Positions 19,847-31,000 of a stretch of DNA of 64,000 nucleotides are shown here, piece by piece. Position 1 is the first letter of the stretch. Each line of letters opens with the position of its first letter. The DNA is from Candidatus Bathyarchaeota archaeon. Its GTDB lineage: Archaea; Thermoproteota; Bathyarchaeia; Bathyarchaeales; Bathycorpusculaceae. A program made the position numbers and the translations under genes. Under the pieces are notes generated by a model. That model ran no database searches. It saw only the letters and a program-made list of their open reading frames with translations, and was not told where the DNA came from. The DNA is taken from assembly GCA_963827165.1 (NCBI GenBank), contig CAWGZR010000005.1:608001-672000 (forward strand). Direction: 5' to 3'.

Positions 19847-20334
19847 AGGTGTTAGCGATTGTTTCTATTAATTCTTTTCATGAGTAGCAAAATAATGCTG
19901 CAATGTGGAAGCGCGTCGATTCAACCAAAAATTTTCTCTTTTTCTTTATTCATACTTGGCTAAGAAACAAAAAGAGACCAAACATGGAACAAAAATCGTT
20001 AACTGTTCTCCTTCTCGAAGCGAAACGATAAAATCCCGTTCAGGAGCTGATTCGTATCGCCCGCTTGCGAATTCTATTGTATAACTCCCAGCAGCATTCG
20101 TCATCCACGCCGCTTTGCTGCGTTGTTTTCGTTGTTGCTGGCCGAAACAAGTAGAGTAACAATGTTGGTTAATTGTGTCTGCTTCTTAAACCCTGATGCT
20201 AGAGTGGACCAGCGTCTTCAGCTTGGCAAAAAATAAGTAGAACCTAGCCCCGCCTCTCTTGCGCCCCAAAGGGGTTTACAAATAAAAAGGGATTTTTTGG
20301 GATTGAACATGTTTTCTATGCCAATTGACTGCTA

Positions 20335-21735
20335 CTAAAACTTCCACCATTTCCAAAACCGGTTCCAATACCAAAATGGCTGCTTCGGATTAGGATGTCC
20401 CGGAACCTGAGTTGGTGCCGGTGGATGTTTGTAAGTTGAAGTTGGCGTTGATGTTGAAGTGGAAGTCGGCGTTGGGGTGTGTGTTGGAGTAGGTGTCGGA
20501 CTGTGTGATGGAGTTGGCGATGCAGTCGGTTTAGGCGTTGTGGTAGGTGTTGGACTTGGGGTAACTGTTGGGGTGGGAGTTCGGGTTGGTGTTGGGGTTG
20601 CTGTAGGTGTTGGAGTTGCACTTGGCGTCGGTGTGGCAGATCCCTCTTCATACGTTGCGGTCATTGTTGTTGAACTAGAAATGAATAATTGATATCCTGA
20701 TTGTCCAGCTCCAGTACTCCAAGACTCGAAAACATACGGCAATCCGTTTATTGCACATGGAGAAATAGCCTTAAGATAATACAACGAATTTAACTGTATT
20801 TCAAAAGTGTGCGGTGTAGTGACTGTACTCCCATTAAAATCTATCTGTGCCCCTTCAGGAGACGACTCAAAAGTGACGGCATCAACACCAGAAGAAGGCG
20901 TCGGTGTTGGAGTAGATGTAGGAGTTGGCGTTGGGGTAGCAGTTGGAGTGGGAGTTGGAGTCGGTGTTGGAATGGATGAGGGGCTTGGAGTTGGGGTAGC
21001 TGTCGGAGTTGGGGAAGGAGTAGAGATTGGGGTAGAAGTGGGATAAGGACTGGGTAAGGGACTTGGAGTCGGAGACGCGCTAGGAGTGGGTGATGGAGTC
21101 GGAGATGATGTGGGAGTAGGTGAAGCGATTGCTCCATACTGTGCGCCTACAACAATTGTTCCAGGTACCGGATTCCCTGATGTGAGTGAACCGACAGTCT
21201 CGGGCGCATCAAGATAAGCAACTCCTGTACCGCTTGGTTGAAATGAAATTGCTGTGGAGCCGGAGGTGAGCACCTGGAAGGTTATAGTGGCAGTCACTGA
21301 CCCGGAAGAGCTGTCAGCGGTTGCAAACTGGTTGCCTGTGTTGAAAGCAGTCTGACCGATTGTCAATTGTCCGCTTGTGACCTTGTTTGACAAATCACCA
21401 AAGTTTTGCTGATCAGGCAGCCAACTGCCATCTGTGTAGCTTACGTATTCAAGCACTATTGGATCCCAAGTTACTGTATAGCTACATTCGCTTAGGCCGT
21501 TTTGGGTGCCGCCTATATTCACGCTCGCGTAGTCGTCTACTCGAACATCCACAGAAAAAGTTGTGCCAGTCGCCTGAGTTGAAAGCATAGTGATGCTGGT
21601 AGCCCCCGGATCGCCTGTTGGAACGATACTTAAAATTGGATCAGTTGCCGCATTGATAAAGTGCGTCATTACTGAAAAAACAGAAATTGCAAAGATACAG
21701 ACCAGGACCAAACAAATAATTTTCTTATGTTTCAT
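20335..21735 (-). CDS. secreted cohesin-like protein with Pro/Thr linkers and a Trp-rich basic C-terminus
   Basis: Signal peptide; FSVDVRVD..SYTVTWDP.VL..TIGQ..ATITFQV; two PT repeats; ends FWYWNRFWKWWKF. Confidence 0.85.
   Translation of the reverse strand: MKHKKIICLVLVCIFAISVFSVMTHFINAATDPILSIVPTGDPGATSITMLSTQATGTTFSVDVRVDDYASVNIGGTQNGLSECSYTVTWDPIVLEYVSYTDGSWLPDQQNFGDLSNKVTSGQLTIGQTAFNTGNQFATADSSSGSVTATITFQVLTSGSTAISFQPSGTGVAYLDAPETVGSLTSGNPVPGTIVVGAQYGAIASPTPTSSPTPSPTPSASPTPSPLPSPYPTSTPISTPSPTPTATPTPSPSSIPTPTPTPTPTATPTPTPTSTPTPTPSSGVDAVTFESSPEGAQIDFNGSTVTTPHTFEIQLNSLYYLKAISPCAINGLPYVFESWSTGAGQSGYQLFISSSTTMTATYEEGSATPTPSATPTPTATPTPTRTPTPTVTPSPTPTTTPKPTASPTPSHSPTPTPTHTPTPTSTSTSTPTSTYKHPPAPTQVPGHPNPKQPFWYWNRFWKWWKF
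21578..21735 (-). repeat. 158-bp near-identical inverted repeat, copy 1 (partner 50159-50316)
   Basis: Manual alignment gives 5 mismatches in 158 bp. Confidence 0.9.
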
Positions 21736-22248
21736 TTTATTCCGCCTTCAAAAAAGTTAGCGCTTTTCGCAGTCAAATGGTGGGAAACAGTCCTAACAGG
21801 CTGTTTGTGTAACAAGATTAGCATTCTCCTTTTGGTTAACTGCTGATGGGTTGTTAATTATTCTACCTTCGCCAAATAGATTATAGAGTAAATATAGTTT
21901 TTTTTAAAATATATAAAAATGGTTGTTGCACATTGTTTCGATTTGGATCGAAAATTTTGCCTGGAGATTTTTGTAAGCGCCCACTCGATCAAGCCTATTC
22001 TTTGCGCGAGACAACATTTCTGCTCCGTTGGATCTGGTTTCAATGATTCTCTGGAGTTTTTCCCGCCCCGTGTACGTGGTATCAGACACACGCAAGGTCT
22101 TCTAAAGTTTTACCCTTACGGAAAGAAAAAACTTGTTCGGTTTTGTCTTATCCTCAAAACCTAAAGAAAACATAAATAATTTCTTGTTTGACTTATCCTA
22201 TGGCCCAATCTTCGGAAGGTTCTTCTCGAGAAGAATTGTTTGGGCTGC

Positions 22249-22311
22249 TTCTAAACAGTGGGCGATGAAATCTTATAGTGGGCCGTTTTCTATGTCGAAA
22301 GATATTTTATA
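22249..22311 (+). promoter_or_regulatory. bipartite palindromic element plus TATA
   Basis: ttCTAAACAGtg at 22249, TTTCTATGTCGAAA at 22287, TTTTATA at 22305; closely similar to 15201-15263. Confidence 0.75.
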
Positions 22312-22351
22312 CTTTATTGATGAAGTTCTAACTTGTCAGAGAAGATAGTAA

Positions 22352-24544
22352 ATGAAGAAGAAATTAGTTTCTAGTTTGTTTTTGGCGATCCTCTTAGTCA
22401 GCTTGGCATGTTCTGTTCTCGATGGAACTTTCAATGCAGCCCTGGGGGACAATTCGAGCGGCAACGCAAGTGGCGAATCGAACTCTTGGCCTATGTTCCA
22501 TAATGATGCTACGCATTCAGGCTACTCCACTTCAACAGGTCCATTGACAAACCAGACCCTCTGGAGTCGCCAAGAAGACCCCTTCCCAGTAGACTCCTCT
22601 CCCGCTGTTGCCAGTGGTGTAGTATACGTGGGCTCTCAAGACGGTAACGTCTATGCCTTTAACGCTTCTGCAGGCGGCACATTATGGAGTAACGAACTAG
22701 GATCGGCCGTCGAATCATCTCCTGCGGTGGTTGGTGGCGTGCTATATGTTGGTTCTTCAGGTGGCAGTGTTTTTGCGTTAAATGCTTTCAATGGAGCCAT
22801 ATTGTGGAGCTACCAAACCGGAGGCGAAGTTATTTCGTCGCCCACTGTTGTAGGCGGTTTAGTCTACATAGGATCGGCAGACGGCAACGTTTATGCCTTA
22901 AACATTACAAACGGCGCCAAAATATGGAGTTCCCCCATTAGTGCCCCTCTTGGCAGCGGTGACCTAATAAATGCTGCCTACTATGGATCTTCGCCTGCGG
23001 TTGCCAACGGAGCAGTTTACATAGGCTCAAATGATGGTACCGTTTATTCTTTAAACGCAACCACCGGCGCAAAAATCTGGAACTACAACACTAACATGGA
23101 AGTAGGAAATCAACTCACCACATACTCTGTTGAATCATCTCCCACTGATGTCAACGGTGTGGTTTACGTAGGCTCTGATAATGGCAATGTTTACGCTTTG
23201 AACGCTACCAATGGCGGGAAGCTCTGGAGCTACACCGCAGACAGCGGTTTTACGTCGTGTCCTGCTATTGCCAACGGAGTCGTTTACATAGGCTCTGATG
23301 ACCATGACGTTTATGCTTTGAATGCAACCAATGGCGTCTCACTTTGGTGCTCCTATACAGGAGGTATTAGTTCGTCGCCTGCTGTCGCCAATGGCATAGT
23401 CTACGTTGGCTCGATGGACTTCAATGTTTATGCTTTAAACGCAACCAACGGCTGCCAGCTTTGGAGTTACACTTCTAACCGTCCCATTGATTCATCCCCT
23501 GCGGTCGTCAACGGCGCAGTCTACATTGGATCGGATGGAGGGACAGTATACGCTTTTGGTTCGTTGGGTGGTTCTTCTCCTCCATCTCCGGTTGTTTCAA
23601 ATATAGCTATTTCGCCGTCGGATGCTACTGTATCGTCCGGGGGCGTTGTTAACTATGCTGCTACCGTCTTTTACTCAAACGGAGACAGTACTATAGCCCC
23701 TCCTTCAGCAACATGGTCAATTGACAGTGGCGCCGGCGGTTTTTGGTCGGAAGAAGGTTTTGGAGAATCTTATACCTCTGCTAACGCTGGAGCGTGGACG
23801 GTTACTATTTCATTTGGCGGGGTGTACGCATCGACAGAACTTACAGTAAGCAAATCCACCGTAAAACCAACATTAAGTGTTGTTCTGTCAGGTACTCAAG
23901 ATCGAAACATTATTGTTGACAACGGGACTCTGTTCAGTGCGGATATCAGGGTAGATAATGCAACCGACCTTTCTGGTTGGAGCTCTGGTTTAAAGTGGAA
24001 TCCTTCTTTGCTTCAATTAGTCAGCATCAATGAAGGACCTTTTTTAAAAGATGTTTATCCCACTCTTTTCTTGGCTCCCAACAATAACCCATTTAATGAT
24101 GAAAAGGGTATCCTCCCACAAATTAATGATATCGTGCTTGGTTACAGCGACGTGTCTGGCTCTGGGGTTCTGGCAACACTTGTTTTCCGAGCAATTGGTA
24201 TTGGCAACGGCACAATAGGCTTAGCAAACATTGAGGGTGATCAAGAACTAACAGGGTCGCCCCCTACTAATCCCGAGATGAGTTATCCATTGATTCCATT
24301 TGCAATATCTAACTGCTCCATTTCTGTCCAATCGCAGTATCCAAACATTGACTTTTATCATACAGGTACAGTCAATTTCAATGATATTTTGTATTTTGTC
24401 AGTGCTTACATTCAGTACAACGAGGACGGCATTCTTAACCCGGCATGCGACTTTTGTCATAACGGGGTACTAAACTTTAACGACATCGTTCTTTTCGCAG
24501 CTGCCTACCAGTACTATGGAAGCCAAACAGCTTCTAGCGCATAG
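22352..24544 (+). CDS. secreted PQQ-like beta-propeller + Ig repeat + cohesin-like + dockerin-like protein
   Basis: WPMFHND, repeated SSPAVANGVVYVGSxDGNVYALNA, LKWNPSLLQLVSINEGPFL, DFYHTGTVNFND...NPACDF. Confidence 0.9.
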   Translation: MKKKLVSSLFLAILLVSLACSVLDGTFNAALGDNSSGNASGESNSWPMFHNDATHSGYSTSTGPLTNQTLWSRQEDPFPVDSSPAVASGVVYVGSQDGNVYAFNASAGGTLWSNELGSAVESSPAVVGGVLYVGSSGGSVFALNAFNGAILWSYQTGGEVISSPTVVGGLVYIGSADGNVYALNITNGAKIWSSPISAPLGSGDLINAAYYGSSPAVANGAVYIGSNDGTVYSLNATTGAKIWNYNTNMEVGNQLTTYSVESSPTDVNGVVYVGSDNGNVYALNATNGGKLWSYTADSGFTSCPAIANGVVYIGSDDHDVYALNATNGVSLWCSYTGGISSSPAVANGIVYVGSMDFNVYALNATNGCQLWSYTSNRPIDSSPAVVNGAVYIGSDGGTVYAFGSLGGSSPPSPVVSNIAISPSDATVSSGGVVNYAATVFYSNGDSTIAPPSATWSIDSGAGGFWSEEGFGESYTSANAGAWTVTISFGGVYASTELTVSKSTVKPTLSVVLSGTQDRNIIVDNGTLFSADIRVDNATDLSGWSSGLKWNPSLLQLVSINEGPFLKDVYPTLFLAPNNNPFNDEKGILPQINDIVLGYSDVSGSGVLATLVFRAIGIGNGTIGLANIEGDQELTGSPPTNPEMSYPLIPFAISNCSISVQSQYPNIDFYHTGTVNFNDILYFVSAYIQYNEDGILNPACDFCHNGVLNFNDIVLFAAAYQYYGSQTASSA

Positions 24545-24629
24545 CCTTTCCGTTATATCTTATGGCAGCGATCTGTGGAAGGCCTTTGTCCCTTCAATGC
24601 GTATCTTACTCTAAGAACATGCAAAACAA

Positions 24630-24691
24630 GTCTAAATAGAGCGTGTAGTTTTGTTTGTTTCAATGTTTTCTATAACGATAGACGTTAAATA
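24630..24691 (+). promoter_or_regulatory. bipartite palindromic element plus TATA
   Basis: gtCTAAATAGag at 24630, TTTCTATAACGATA at 24667, TTAAATA at 24685. Confidence 0.7.
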
Positions 24692-24733
24692 GAACTTCCC
24701 ATTCCCATTTTTTATTCTTTTAGGAAGGAAAAA

Positions 24734-26944
24734 ATGAATAGCCTGATAAAGAAAGGCATAAGCCTCATAGCAGTGGTGTTAATTTCGTTTTTGGGTTTAT
24801 CATTCATTGAAACAGCACATCCTTCAAACCTTTCAGATAATTCTTCACTGATAGGGAATCTAGAAACAGTCGTTAACTCAGTTAATTACGCCAGCGACAT
24901 AAATGCTGTATATCAAGGAATGATTGTTGAGAAAACATCAATGCAACAATTGATAAACGCATACAATGCATTAATGAACCCTATAACTATTCTTCAGTGG
25001 ACTCCTATTCTTTCAAAACTTGGTTATGCTAACCAAACAACCATAAAATGGGCGCTAGACGCCCAGCAAATGATGAGCGATGGATTGCCAAATACAGGCG
25101 CAGATAGTTTGAGTGGTTCTTCAAAGGCATTCCTTGTTTATGATAGATTTTTGATAATTGCTTATGGTTATGCTATCCAATACAACTATGACTTAGCCAA
25201 GTGGAATTTAACACAAGCCTACAACAGCTTTAAAGCGTCAGTAAATTCAGCTACTTATCCAGCGCTTCTTTGGGTAGACCAAGACGGCATTGCACAGTCT
25301 ATATCCTATGGACCAAGATATTATGATGAATGTGGAGAGACCATAGACTGTTTCTTAGACTTCTATAGTTTGGGGATAACTACTGCACTTAAGGATGCTT
25401 TAACTACTTGGCTTTGGACAAACAACAACCTTTGGACTGGAACAAATTACAACTACGCCCTGAACTGGGCAGGTTACGAATGCGAAGCAGGAGGTTTCTT
25501 GCAAATCGGGTTGAAACTGTGGCATGATGACAGTTCATTGCCCGACACAAAAAACTTACTGATTGATCTTGAAAACAGGTTTCTTGTTGAACAATTTTTC
25601 AGTCCGCAATGGTTGAATGGCGTAGTTTGCCATATGGCTGTTTATAATCCTGAACTCAGGCTGGAAAACACGGTTATGGCTTGGGCATCGATACTTGGAA
25701 GCTACGGAGAGTTAAACAGCACATACCAAACTGACGTACAAGACATGCTAACAGGAGCGGGAGAAACAACAACTCCGGCATGGTCACAGCTTCTGCAAAG
25801 CGGTCTTTGCGGCTCCAATTTCCCAGGTTTCCAAGAGAATTCGGATTCCGAACCAAGCAACGACGCTACGGCCACAGGAGCAGACTTACTATTTATGCTT
25901 GGAATCGTTCCCCAAACCGCAGCGCTTGCTGTTCCTATAGAAGAAAATTCGTATGAGTACATTTATAATATACTTGACCCAAACTTGTTTAACATAAACC
26001 TGACAACAAATGTCGTCACGATATCTTTAGCTACGGCAGGAACTTTGAACTTTCAATTCAATCAGACAGTAACAGGCAGTTTCAGTGAGTCTGGAATTTA
26101 TGCAGTGAAATTCTCACCTAATTGGAATGCAATTCTGAACATTAATTTCGTATCTAATTTGCCCTCAAATAGGCAGTACACTTGCACAGCGCCTCCTTCA
26201 TATTATATAACTTCTTCTGCCGATTCAAATTCAGTCATTTCTCCTTTAGGCGATGTCATGGTGGATTCAAATTCAACCGAGGCTTTCACGTATTCAGCGG
26301 ATAGTGGTTGCACATTAGCCACTGTTATTGTGGATGGTTCTTCTGTTCCAATAATAGGCAGCTACACTTTCAGCAATATTCAAGCAAACCATACTATCTC
26401 AGTGACAAGTACAGTTAATAGCGCTGTGGATCCACTTCAAATCATTAACGTTCAACTACCATCAAAAGCAATTCAAAAAAGCTTCATGGTCCCAATTAAT
26501 ATAACAATAACTAATCCAGACTCAACATTAGAAACAGCGAATATCCAGGTGTCGACAAACTCGACAATGGTCTTTAGTACCACTGTCACTTTAAGTGCCT
26601 TGCAAACAGAAGTTGTCGCATGCTACTTTAACAGCAGCGTTTTGGCCATCGGAAACTATGCGAGCACAGTTACATTGACCACAACCAGCCTGCCCGCGCC
26701 GAACACAGAAACTTCAACCGGGCAGTTCGGGGTAACTTATTTGGGCGACGTGAACGGAGACTTTACTGTTAATTTCAATGACATAGTCACTTTTGTTGCT
26801 GACTACATTTCCTACAGCACTAACGGTATCTATTATCCAGCGATTGACTATTGCCATACCGGCACAATTAACTTCAATGACTTAGTGCTATTCGTTGCAT
26901 ACTACCAAGCTTACTACATGTTTGGCGGGGAAGGAGACAGCTAA
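24734..26944 (+). CDS. secreted helical (alpha/alpha)6 glycosidase-like domain (GH76-like?) + InlB-B-like + CARDB-like + dockerin-like protein
   Basis: RYYDE..IDCFLDFY..ALKDALTTW.W...LW resembles the GH76 YYDD helix; YLGDVNGDFTVNFND dockerin. Confidence 0.7.
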   Translation: MNSLIKKGISLIAVVLISFLGLSFIETAHPSNLSDNSSLIGNLETVVNSVNYASDINAVYQGMIVEKTSMQQLINAYNALMNPITILQWTPILSKLGYANQTTIKWALDAQQMMSDGLPNTGADSLSGSSKAFLVYDRFLIIAYGYAIQYNYDLAKWNLTQAYNSFKASVNSATYPALLWVDQDGIAQSISYGPRYYDECGETIDCFLDFYSLGITTALKDALTTWLWTNNNLWTGTNYNYALNWAGYECEAGGFLQIGLKLWHDDSSLPDTKNLLIDLENRFLVEQFFSPQWLNGVVCHMAVYNPELRLENTVMAWASILGSYGELNSTYQTDVQDMLTGAGETTTPAWSQLLQSGLCGSNFPGFQENSDSEPSNDATATGADLLFMLGIVPQTAALAVPIEENSYEYIYNILDPNLFNINLTTNVVTISLATAGTLNFQFNQTVTGSFSESGIYAVKFSPNWNAILNINFVSNLPSNRQYTCTAPPSYYITSSADSNSVISPLGDVMVDSNSTEAFTYSADSGCTLATVIVDGSSVPIIGSYTFSNIQANHTISVTSTVNSAVDPLQIINVQLPSKAIQKSFMVPINITITNPDSTLETANIQVSTNSTMVFSTTVTLSALQTEVVACYFNSSVLAIGNYASTVTLTTTSLPAPNTETSTGQFGVTYLGDVNGDFTVNFNDIVTFVADYISYSTNGIYYPAIDYCHTGTINFNDLVLFVAYYQAYYMFGGEGDS

Positions 26945-27042
26945 AACACTTAGACGCTCTTTATTCGCGCTTATTTTCAAATCAAATATAATCTCCTCTT
27001 AGATAGCTCAGTGGTAATTTTGGATGCCCCCTAAACTGACAG

Positions 27043-27105
27043 CGCTAAATAGAGCCAATAGAGACCGATTGTTTTACCGATTTCTATGGTGAAAAGTATC
27101 CAATA
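27043..27105 (+). promoter_or_regulatory. bipartite palindromic element plus weak TATA
   Basis: cgCTAAATAGag at 27043, TTTCTATGGTGAAA at 27081. Confidence 0.7.
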
Positions 27106-27144
27106 CTACAGAATGTTAGACCCGAGCAAAGGAAAGGAGAAAAA

Positions 27145-28891
27145 ATGCGAAATATTGGCAAAGTGTTAACTATAATAGTTTTAATGATGATAGCGTGTCT
27201 TGGAACAACCCGCGTAGCCAGGGCACATGCTAATGTAACGTTCAATTTAACTTTTCAAGCTACAAATGGAGGAACAATATCAGCAACCTACGTAACAGAT
27301 TGAGTTCAATACAGCTTATCTACAGTGACGTCAGCAACAGTGCAAGCCGATAATGGCAGTCCAATATATGTCACAGCAAATCCCACTCCTGGCTATCATT
27401 TTGCAAGCATGAACGATACTGAGCCTTATGACGCAATGTGGGGCGTTAACTCAGTAGAAGTTGACCAATCATAACACTTTAGCGTTACAACTACAAATCC
27501 AAACGAGGTGGATGCCAATACAAACATGTACATATACGTCAACTTTGCCCCGAATCCAAAATTCACGGAAAGATTCATAGCAGTTCCATCAAACGGTGGG
27601 ACCATAACTCCAATCGGGACAGGTCGATATCTTGAAAACAGTTGGCAGGCACTAACAGCTACTCCAGGAGTTGGCTATCGCTTTGTACACTGGATTAATA
27701 ATGATGAAGACGACTCGCCCTTCTCAACACCAGCAACAGAACTTGATAACAGCACAGCCGACTACGACATAACATCCTTAGCCGACACCACAATGTTGAT
27801 CGGATCGCCCATGACCATATGGGCAATCTTTGCACCCAGCCAAACGTCAACCACTACAACAGTAACTTGCTTGCCCAATCCCGTATCGACCAATTCACCG
27901 ATCACTTTCACAGCCACCGTTGCAGGATCAGGATCCAATCCAACTGGAACAATAACTTGGAGTTCAAGCAGCAGCACGGGACATTTTAGTTCCATTCAAA
28001 CATCTTCGACAAACGGTGTTGCAACAGTAACCTATACTGATTCAAGCGCTGGCTCCCCAACCATTATTGCATCCTACGGTGGAGATTCATTTAACACTGC
28101 CAGCAGTGGACAAGCGACGATAATGATAAACCCGTCTTCAACCACAACATCAATTACATCATCCCAATCTGCCAATGCAGGGCAAATAGTCACTTTTACC
28201 GTTAACATAGCAGGCAACAACCCTACAGGAACCATAACTTGGAGTTCAACAAGCTCCACTGGAGTTTTCACGTCAACCCAAACCACTCTTATAAATGGAG
28301 CCGCATCTGTAACGTACTCTGTACACAAAACAGGGCACTGACCCCATTAAGGCAACCTAGCGGAGACTCAAACAACAACCCAAGCAGCCAAACCACAACC
28401 GTAACAATAACTCATGCAGCAATCGCAAGCATTGCAGTATCTCCGCAAACCATATCCATCACAAACGGATGCTCCGTTGCCTACACCGCAACAGCTTTTG
28501 ACTCCTATGGTAATAGCTGGGGCGTCTCTTCGGTAGCAAACTGGGGCATTACTGCAGCAGCCGGAGGCTTATGGACAAACAACCCAGTATACATCAGCTT
28601 ACATGGGAAACTGGGTAGTCACCCCTTCAAGCCAAGGCGTACAAGATTCAGCACAATTACAAGTATATTACACAATCGACTTTTACCATACAGGCACAGT
28701 TGGCTTCAGCGACCTTGTCTACTTTCGTCAATGCTTACATCAACTACTATCAATCTGGCGTGCTTAACCCAGCCTGCGACTTGAACCATGATGGAGCTAT
28801 TAACTTCAGCGACATAGTTCTGTTTGTAGCCCTCTACCAATCAGCTCTTCAAACAACTAAAACCAGGGGCAAACACGAACAAATAGGTTAA
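27145..28891 (+). pseudogene. secreted InlB-B/Big-repeat + dockerin-like protein, disrupted
   Basis: ATG 27145 signal peptide is in frame with ORF 27508. In-frame TGA at 27301 and TAA at 27472, plus frameshifts near 28330 and 28600-28700. NPACDLNHDGAINFSD. Confidence 0.75.
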
Positions 28892-28926
28892 AGCAAAAGT
28901 AGAAAACTTTTTTTCCTATTATTATA

Positions 28927-28989
28927 AACTAAATAATTGTCTGCAAGAACTATTTAGTTAACCTTTTCTAAGGTGGCAAATATCAAATA
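28927..28989 (+). promoter_or_regulatory. palindromic element with three sites plus weak TATA
   Basis: aaCTAAATAAtt at 28927, AACTATTTAGTT at 28948, TTTCTAAGGTGGCA at 28965. Confidence 0.6.
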
Positions 28990-29169
28990 TTGCCCTTTCT
29001 AAGTTACGCCTTGGAGAAAGCGGAGAAGCAGATGAGGGACAAGTTTAGTCATGTTATCTTATTATGATTGCAATAACAGAATTTTTCCTTAATTGTACAA
29101 CCTGCACGTAAATTCTTATATCTATTGACACAATAAAAATGTAATATTAACTTTAGCGAGAGAGATAAA

Positions 29170-29982
29170 ATGGCAAAAACAAAGACCTTGCTGATTTCTG
29201 GCTTCATACTACTTCTCTTTGTCAGTCTATTACCTTTGATGCACATAGCAAACGCTGCGTTTACACCTGCTTTATCGTCAACAGCTCAAACCGAGACAAC
29301 CGTAACACTTTCGTGGACAAAATCTAACGATGCGGTTTTTTATTCTTATTATGTAGCCTATTCAACCTCAATAAATGGGCCGTTCAACGATGCAGCAATC
29401 ATAGCCAATTCAAGCCTAACGACCTTCGCTGTCCCATTTCTCACGCAAAACACAACTTACTATTTCGTAGTTAAAGACCAGGGTTCAGACGGAGAGAACG
29501 CTTCCACATCGTTATCTAACATATGTCAAGCCAACACAAAAAACGCCCCAACTCTTTTCCTCATCGGATCCACATCGACCATGATAAGTTTAGGATGGAC
29601 TGACTATAACACTTACACATCAGAAATGCCCTTTTACGGCTTCGCTATTAATATGAGTACAGGCGGCGGACAATTTCAAACTTTAACTGTCTCAAACAAC
29701 GCTACGCAAAATACCTACACAGTTAAAAATCTGGTTCCAGGAACATCGTATCAGTTTCTAGCGTACGACGAAGTAGGGCCTTATGGACGGTATCAAACCG
29801 CGACAAATAACCTGACAGCAAGCACGACACCTGCCTCATCCACCCCTGAATCGACACCTACCCCAACCATCCCCGAATTTCCAACGCCAGTTGTTTTGAT
29901 ATCGCTAATAATGGTAATTTCGATTGCTGCATCGGGTTTAACTGTGAAAAAACAAAATAGCCGCAAACTCCGAAAACTCTAA
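29170..29982 (+). CDS. two fibronectin type III domains + PEF-CTERM-like membrane anchor
   Basis: VTLSWT, LTQNTTYYFVV, LVPGTSYQF; IPEFP-TM-basic tail. Confidence 0.85.
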   Translation: MAKTKTLLISGFILLLFVSLLPLMHIANAAFTPALSSTAQTETTVTLSWTKSNDAVFYSYYVAYSTSINGPFNDAAIIANSSLTTFAVPFLTQNTTYYFVVKDQGSDGENASTSLSNICQANTKNAPTLFLIGSTSTMISLGWTDYNTYTSEMPFYGFAINMSTGGGQFQTLTVSNNATQNTYTVKNLVPGTSYQFLAYDEVGPYGRYQTATNNLTASTTPASSTPESTPTPTIPEFPTPVVLISLIMVISIAASGLTVKKQNSRKLRKL

Positions 29983-30047
29983 AAATGCTCTTTTCAACTT
30001 CCCTTGGATCTTAGCATCATGTCCGCAATAAAAGGGAAAAAACTTGA

Positions 30048-30832
30048 TTACCTAGGCTTCCTTCTTTTCCTTACCATCAGTATCAAAAGTGCCGATATTA
30101 CTACAACAGAAACACCAGCAATAACTTCCTCCGGAAAATAACTTGGCGCCACAAATGCATGTTCTTTCGCCCCTGCATTGTCGAACAAGGTTGCGGCATT
30201 CTGCAAATCTGCTGCCGCAGCTTGCCATTGATTCTGCTTAGCTAGTGAGGTCGCCTGATTATACGCATCCGTGGCGTTTTCAACCAGTGTTTTTGCCTCG
30301 GAGCTTTGATAATTTACTTTTTGGGCTTGAACCATTTGGTTCATGACTTGAGGTTGCAGCTGGTTGTAGGCTGCTTCTGCCGTGTAAACCTGAATTGTGA
30401 ACGTTGGTGAATTCCATGTGATGTTCTGGGGTGATTGTCCTTCTTGTGTTCCTTCAAAATGCACATTGTAAGTGTGAGAACTGGCGTTTACTTGAGGAGT
30501 AATGTAAAAAGCAGTCATAGGAAACGTGTAACTGCCTCTACTTCGAAGGTTTATTGAGATATTGAAGTCCTGGTAGAAGTAGGAATTTGCTTTGTTCCAG
30601 TCGAAATGAATCCCTATCATGTCAATTTGAATGTTTTGAGAACAATTGCTTACGAGAGTTATATTGGCTTGTCCGTAGTCTCCCGGGAAAAGGCTGTAGA
30701 GGGCCAGATGGTTGATGCTGAAACTTCATTTTGGTTAAAGGCGGTGGTTGGGGAGGCAAAAACGACGAATGCGCTTACCAATAATATAAATATTGAAAAG
30801 AGAATTGTTATCTCTATCTTTTTATTTCTCAA
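30048..30832 (-). CDS. membrane-anchored surface protein, one frameshift near 30690
   Basis: TTG at 30832 gives a signal peptide (RNKKIEITILFSIFILL); ORF 30048..30620 ends in a TM helix plus RKRRK. Confidence 0.65.
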
Positions 30833-31000
30833 ATTTCCCCTCTCATCGAAGTTTAGGTTCAGCCTACTATTCCTCTTTCTCTTAAATAAATGCGTTTGTT
30901 CCGGTAAAGAGAACAGTTAGCCGTTAATTTTTTCCAAAATGCAACAATTCTGGGTGCTATTTTGATTAGAACAAAATTTGAAACGTGCTTACAAAAAAAA

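Noticed and set aside
20316-21137. Val/Gly- and Leu/Gln-rich ORFs; possible CRISPR-like periodicity
   Set aside because: These are antisense or alternate frames of Pro/Thr linker codons, with no repeat-spacer structure.
27001-27075. tRNA-like start GATAGCTCAGTGGTA
   Set aside because: No anticodon arm, T-arm (GTTCRA) or acceptor stem follows.
27301-27303. In-frame TGA as selenocysteine or readthrough
   Set aside because: Context fits Gly (GGA), as in DGVQ of the 15303 protein, and the same gene also has an in-frame TAA and frameshifts.
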